Shown here piece by piece: positions 60,386 through 64,000 of a stretch of 64,000 nt of DNA. Each line of letters starts with the position of its first letter. Position 1 is the stretch's first letter. The notes below the pieces were generated by a model, which did no database searches, was not told the DNA's origin, and worked only from the letters and a program-made list of their open reading frames with translations. A program made the translations under genes and the position numbers. Source of the stretch: an uncultured Acidobacteriota bacterium (GTDB lineage Bacteria; Acidobacteriota; UBA6911); contig CAZYXB010000004.1 in NCBI GenBank assembly GCA_964651155.1, positions 46,386-110,385 on the forward strand, given 5' to 3'.

Positions 60386-60871
60386 TCCTGACGGGCGTTT
60401 CCGATCGACGTGCCGCGGCCCGCAGCTGTTTGGAAGGCCGCCCGGCAATCCCATGCAACGGGATGCACGCGAACGCGTCCACCGCGGAATCGAGTCCGGG
60501 CCGGGCGGCGGCCGAGTCATTCTTCCGAACATACCGCCGGCGGGATTGGAAAGGAAAGAACAGGCGTCCCGTCCGCCGGAGAAATTTCTCCCGGGGGATA
60601 CCGATGACGGCATCGTGCAGCCCCGCGGATCATCGGCCCGCGCCGTCGGCCGGACACCGGAAGCCTTCTTCCCATGTCCCAGGCAATCCACGTACAAGGA
60701 TGCAGTACGGCGGGCCTTCCGGATGGTCCCGTCCGGCCGTCGACCGGGGTATCAAGGCGCTTCGCGCCGTACGCGCGATGCCGTCTACGGTCGAAGGCGG
60801 AGTATGGAGATGGCGCAAACAGGCAAGGGGAACGGGGAACGGGCTCCGGGGACGGTTCCCGCGGAGGCGCA

Positions 60872-61648
60872 ATGAACGGCCTGGATTATGCACTCGTGGG
60901 TTTCGCAGCGCTTGCGGCCGGCGTCATCAATGCCCTTGCCGGGGGCGGGACGTTGATCACGTTCCCGATGCTGCTGGCCGTTGGTGTTTCTCCCATAGCG
61001 GCGAATGTAACGAACACCGTGGCGCTGTGTCCGGGGTTTATAGGGGGCATCCTGGCGCAGTTACGGGACCTGCGCGGTCAAAGACGGAGGTTCTGGTCCT
61101 TTCTTTTGGCGAGCTCCGTCGGGGGCATTGCCGGCAGCATCTGGCTGCTCAGGACCGGGGAACGCGCGTTCCAGAACGTGGTTCCGTTTTTGATCCTGAC
61201 CGCCTCCGGTCTTCTCGCACTTCAGGGCGTGGTGCGCATCTGGCTTCTGAGGCGGTCCGTAAAGCGGGAAACCAGATCCAGACCCGAGGGCCTCGCGGTC
61301 ATCCTGGTCGCTGTCGCAGCCGTTTATGGCGGATATTTCGGAGTGGCCATGAGCGTCGTCGTTTTGATGGTGCTCGGCTGGATCATCCGCGACACGCTGA
61401 CCCGGCTCAACGCCTTAAAGCAGGTGGTCGCCTTCGGGGCGAACGGGGCGGCGGCCGTTCTTTTCCTTTTTTCGGGGAAGGTCGTCTGGCCCATCGCCGT
61501 GGTCATGGCCGTCGGCGCATTGATCGGCGGGACGCTGGGCGGCCGGCTGGCGGTCCGGATCCATCCCGAAACGCTGCGATGGACGGTCGTGGCGCTGGGG
61601 GTACTCCTTTCGTTCGTCTATTTTCTGCGCTGGAACATTGCATCATAA
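60872..61648 (+). CDS. TauE/SafE (DUF81) family sulfite/anion exporter
   Basis: MNGLDYALVGFAALAAGVINALAGGGTLITFPMLLAVG is the typical TauE repeat. About 8 TM. Confidence 0.8.
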   Translation: MNGLDYALVGFAALAAGVINALAGGGTLITFPMLLAVGVSPIAANVTNTVALCPGFIGGILAQLRDLRGQRRRFWSFLLASSVGGIAGSIWLLRTGERAFQNVVPFLILTASGLLALQGVVRIWLLRRSVKRETRSRPEGLAVILVAVAAVYGGYFGVAMSVVVLMVLGWIIRDTLTRLNALKQVVAFGANGAAAVLFLFSGKVVWPIAVVMAVGALIGGTLGGRLAVRIHPETLRWTVVALGVLLSFVYFLRWNIAS

Positions 61649-61708
61649 AGTACTTGACAGCATAAATTCTCGTGTGCCATGATCCGTCCACTCTGGAGGC
61701 GGAAGCCC

Positions 61709-62314
61709 ATGAAGGAAAAATCCTCGATCACGGAAGCAGAGGAAAACCTGCTCTATATACGGCAGACGCTGGAAGCGGCAGGCCAGCTGACAGCCGTGCC
61801 GGGCTGGTCGATGGTAGCGGCGGGAGGCCTCGCTCTGGCCGGGGCCGTCGTCAACGGCTTCGTGACAGGCACACCCTGGAAGCCCGAAACGGATGCGCGC
61901 TACCCGCTGATGATCTGGGGAGGCGTTCTCGTTTTTTCTCTTACGATCGTTCTGTACGGGATCCATCGCCAGAGCCGGAAGATGCAGGTGCCCATCCGTT
62001 CTCCCCTTGTGCGCAAGCTTCTGTGGAGCCTGTGCCCGTCGCTTTTTGCGGGGGCGCTGCTGACAGGGCTTTCCTTCAAGGACGGCTTCATGGAATGGCT
62101 CCCCGTGATCTGGCTGGGATGCTATGGCGCGGCCGTTACCAGCAGCGGGATGGTTTCCGTGGCGCCGGTTCGGTACATGGGACTCTGTTTTCTGTTGACG
62201 GCGGCCGTCGCCGCGGTATCCACGCCGGACCTTGGACTGTTGTGGGTCGCATTCGGGTTCGGTTGGCTGCACATCGTATACGGCGCCTATATCGCCAGGA
62301 GGCACAATGACTAG
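61709..62314 (+). CDS. Hypothetical membrane protein (4-5 TM)
   Basis: Start chosen at MKEKSS with ggagg SD. The stop overlaps the start of the next gene. Confidence 0.5.
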   Translation: MKEKSSITEAEENLLYIRQTLEAAGQLTAVPGWSMVAAGGLALAGAVVNGFVTGTPWKPETDARYPLMIWGGVLVFSLTIVLYGIHRQSRKMQVPIRSPLVRKLLWSLCPSLFAGALLTGLSFKDGFMEWLPVIWLGCYGAAVTSSGMVSVAPVRYMGLCFLLTAAVAAVSTPDLGLLWVAFGFGWLHIVYGAYIARRHND

Positions 62315-62690
62315 AAGGCGCGGGGCCGTGCGCCCGTCTCCAAACGACCTGGATCCATTGATCCATGAAAGGCTGCGCCTGGGAATTCTGTCGGCCCTCG
62401 CGGTGCAGGAGGAACTTTCCTTTACGGAGCTGCGGGATCTCCTCAAGGCCACGGACGGGAATCTGAGCGTTCAGGCGAGGCGGCTGGAAACGGCCGGATA
62501 CGTCATCTGCAACAAGAAGTTCGAGGGCCGCAGGCCCAAAAGCACCTATCGCCTCAGCCAGGACGGACGCATCGCTCTCGAACGGTACCTGGAGATTCTT
62601 TCCACGCTGATCCCGGACAGCGCACAGGTCCGGAAACCCTCCGGGGATGCTCTCCGGGGCACCGTCAAACCCGCTCCCTCCCGAAGCTAG
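62307..62690 (+). CDS. Small winged-helix transcriptional regulator (PadR/ArsR-like fold)
   Basis: FTELRDLLKATDGNLSVQARRLETAGYVICNKKFEGRRPKSTYRLSQDGRIALERYLEIL is an HTH plus wing. Confidence 0.5.
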   Translation: MTRRRGAVRPSPNDLDPLIHERLRLGILSALAVQEELSFTELRDLLKATDGNLSVQARRLETAGYVICNKKFEGRRPKSTYRLSQDGRIALERYLEILSTLIPDSAQVRKPSGDALRGTVKPAPSRS

Positions 62691-62723
62691 AGATACAGGG
62701 TGATTGCGATGAGGAGGTTTTGT

Positions 62724-63635
62724 ATGTCTACACTTTATGATACAAAGATCTTTATGCCATGCGACCACGCGCCCGCCGTCCGGCACCTGGCTGTCATCAT
62801 GGATGGAAACGGCCGCTGGGCCGAGCGGCGGGGCATGCCGCGCTGGAAGGGGCACGAAGCGGGCGTCGAAGCCGTCAGGCGGCTTGTCGAGGCCGCCTGC
62901 AGGCGGGGCATACCGGTGGTTACGGTGTTCGCGTTTTCCAGCGAAAACTGGAAACGGCCGGAAACTGAGGTTCGCATGCTCTTTGGCCTTTTTCGCCGCT
63001 TCTTCATCTCGGAGCGGAAGAGCCTGGTACGCAACGACATACGTGTGTCCGTTTTCGGACGCCGCGACCGGATACCGGCTCGGGTACGGGAAGCGATAAC
63101 GGCGCTGGAGCGGGAGACGGAACGATGCCGGCGGCTCCACCTGCGGGTCGCGCTCGATTACGGATCCCGCCGCGAGATCCTCGAGGCGGCCAGGGCGCTG
63201 GCCAGGGAGTGTCTGCAGAGGAAGATCAAGCCGGAACAGATCAGCGAGGAACTGTTTTCCGGGCTGCTGTCGCCCTCGGGCGTCGCCGATCCGGAACTGG
63301 TTATACGGACATCGGGGGAGCGGCGGCTGTCCAATTTCCTGCTGTGGCAGTCCGCGTACGCTGAACTGCACTTCTGCCCGAAATTCTGGCCCGATTTCGA
63401 CGAGTCGGACCTGGCGGAGGCTCTGGATAGCTACCGGTCCAGAACGCGACGGTTCGGCGCGCTGGCCCCGCCTCCGGACCGGCCTTCTGCAACCCGACAG
63501 GCGGGAGAGAACCCGCGCGGAATGGGGCGGGCAACCGTGCTGGTGACACCGGGAAAGGAAGAAATAGGGAATGAAAGTCAAGATGATTCTGACCGCTCTG
63601 ACGGAAGCGAAAAGCCCCTTCTGGCGTTCGATTAA
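62724..63635 (+). CDS. uppS: Isoprenyl transferase (undecaprenyl diphosphate synthase) with a roughly 60-aa low-complexity C-terminal extension
   Basis: DGNGRWA, FAFSSENWKRP, RTSGERRLSNFLLWQ motifs. Confidence 0.85.
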   Translation: MSTLYDTKIFMPCDHAPAVRHLAVIMDGNGRWAERRGMPRWKGHEAGVEAVRRLVEAACRRGIPVVTVFAFSSENWKRPETEVRMLFGLFRRFFISERKSLVRNDIRVSVFGRRDRIPARVREAITALERETERCRRLHLRVALDYGSRREILEAARALARECLQRKIKPEQISEELFSGLLSPSGVADPELVIRTSGERRLSNFLLWQSAYAELHFCPKFWPDFDESDLAEALDSYRSRTRRFGALAPPPDRPSATRQAGENPRGMGRATVLVTPGKEEIGNESQDDSDRSDGSEKPLLAFD

Positions 63636-64000
63636 ATACAGCTTGTTCCCTCCGCTGGGACTGGCGACACTGGCGGCTTACCTGGATCCGGACGATGAGG
63701 TATCCATTTGCGATGACCATGTAGAGATGGTTTCGACCGATGATGCCCCGGATATTGTCGTGATCCAAGCCTACATCACATCCGCATTCAGGTCCTATGA
63801 AATTGCGGACCTCTATCGCGCCAGAGGCGTCCATGTCTGTATAGGAGGGCTGCATGCCACCTCGATGCCGCAAGAGGCGGCCGAACACGCCGACACTGTC
63901 TTTATCGGTCCGGGAGAGGATACATGGCCGGCATTTCTCGCCGACTACCGTGCGGGAACACCCAGGGGGCTCTACATCAGTGCGCGACCGACCCTAGATC
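63571..64000 (+). CDS. B12-binding-domain radical SAM protein, N-terminal fragment (continues beyond the window)
   Basis: MKVKMILTALTE...LFPPLGLATLAAYLDPDDEVSICDD is a cobalamin-binding Rossmann-like N-domain. Overlaps the uppS 3' end by 65 nt. Confidence 0.55.
   Translation, partial: MKVKMILTALTEAKSPFWRSIKYSLFPPLGLATLAAYLDPDDEVSICDDHVEMVSTDDAPDIVVIQAYITSAFRSYEIADLYRARGVHVCIGGLHATSMPQEAAEHADTVFIGPGEDTWPAFLADYRAGTPRGLYISARPTLD

Noticed and set aside
60430-61665. 411-aa plus ORF overlapping the TauE gene in another frame
   Set aside because: Arg-rich low-complexity translation. The TauE frame (60872..61648) has repeated TM motifs.
62136-63581. 481-aa minus-strand ORF opposite the regulator/uppS genes
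   Set aside because: Antisense to uppS, which has canonical motifs.

Overview
This 64 kb window comes from a high-GC (about 60-65%) Gram-negative chromosome. The lineage guess is an anaerobic, Deltaproteobacteria/Desulfobacterota-like organism; that guess is inference from lnt, lptB, msbA, kdsA/kdsD, gmhA, a tungsten-type aldehyde:ferredoxin oxidoreductase, and an rpoN-hpf-hprK-rapZ-EIIA(Man)-ptsH-ptsI cluster. Most of the window is dense, co-directional housekeeping DNA on the + strand. In order: NfeD/stomatin pair, lnt, prfB with its programmed +1 frameshift, an unusually long LptC/LptA-like fusion, lptB-rpoN-hpf-hprK-rapZ-PTS, gmhA plus a nucleotidyltransferase/GmhB fusion, msbA, yicC-gmk-rpoZ-coaBC, era, a family-4 uracil-DNA glycosylase, priA, a CDF transporter, and kdsA-kdsD. 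The accessory part is 34.9-47 kb. It starts at a tRNA-Gly(CCC) gene followed by two partial direct copies of the tRNA 3' end, at +0.25 kb and +7 kb, which looks like a decayed tandem integration hotspot with no integrase left. That region carries a CadC-type wHTH-TPR regulator, a secreted EEP-family enzyme, broken ORFs including an AbiEii-like nucleotidyltransferase remnant, and a lower-GC module. In that module a cI/XRE-like repressor with a 27-bp palindromic operator sits between an uncharacterised 341-aa protein plus lipocalin-like gene on one side and an uncharacterised 148-aa protein plus 6-TM membrane protein on the other. The XRE-centred module is my best candidate for an undescribed regulated system (defence or toxin-like), but its function cannot be assigned from sequence alone. 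Downstream are an ATP-grasp gene divergent from a frameshifted gene, miaA-like, an AOR plus Tat-ferredoxin operon, ettA, two Fe-S aldo/keto reductases, a GH43, a TauE exporter, uppS and the start of a B12-binding radical SAM gene. Many long antisense or alternate-frame ORFs in the track are high-GC artefacts. No CRISPR array, IS element, integrase or rRNA was found.
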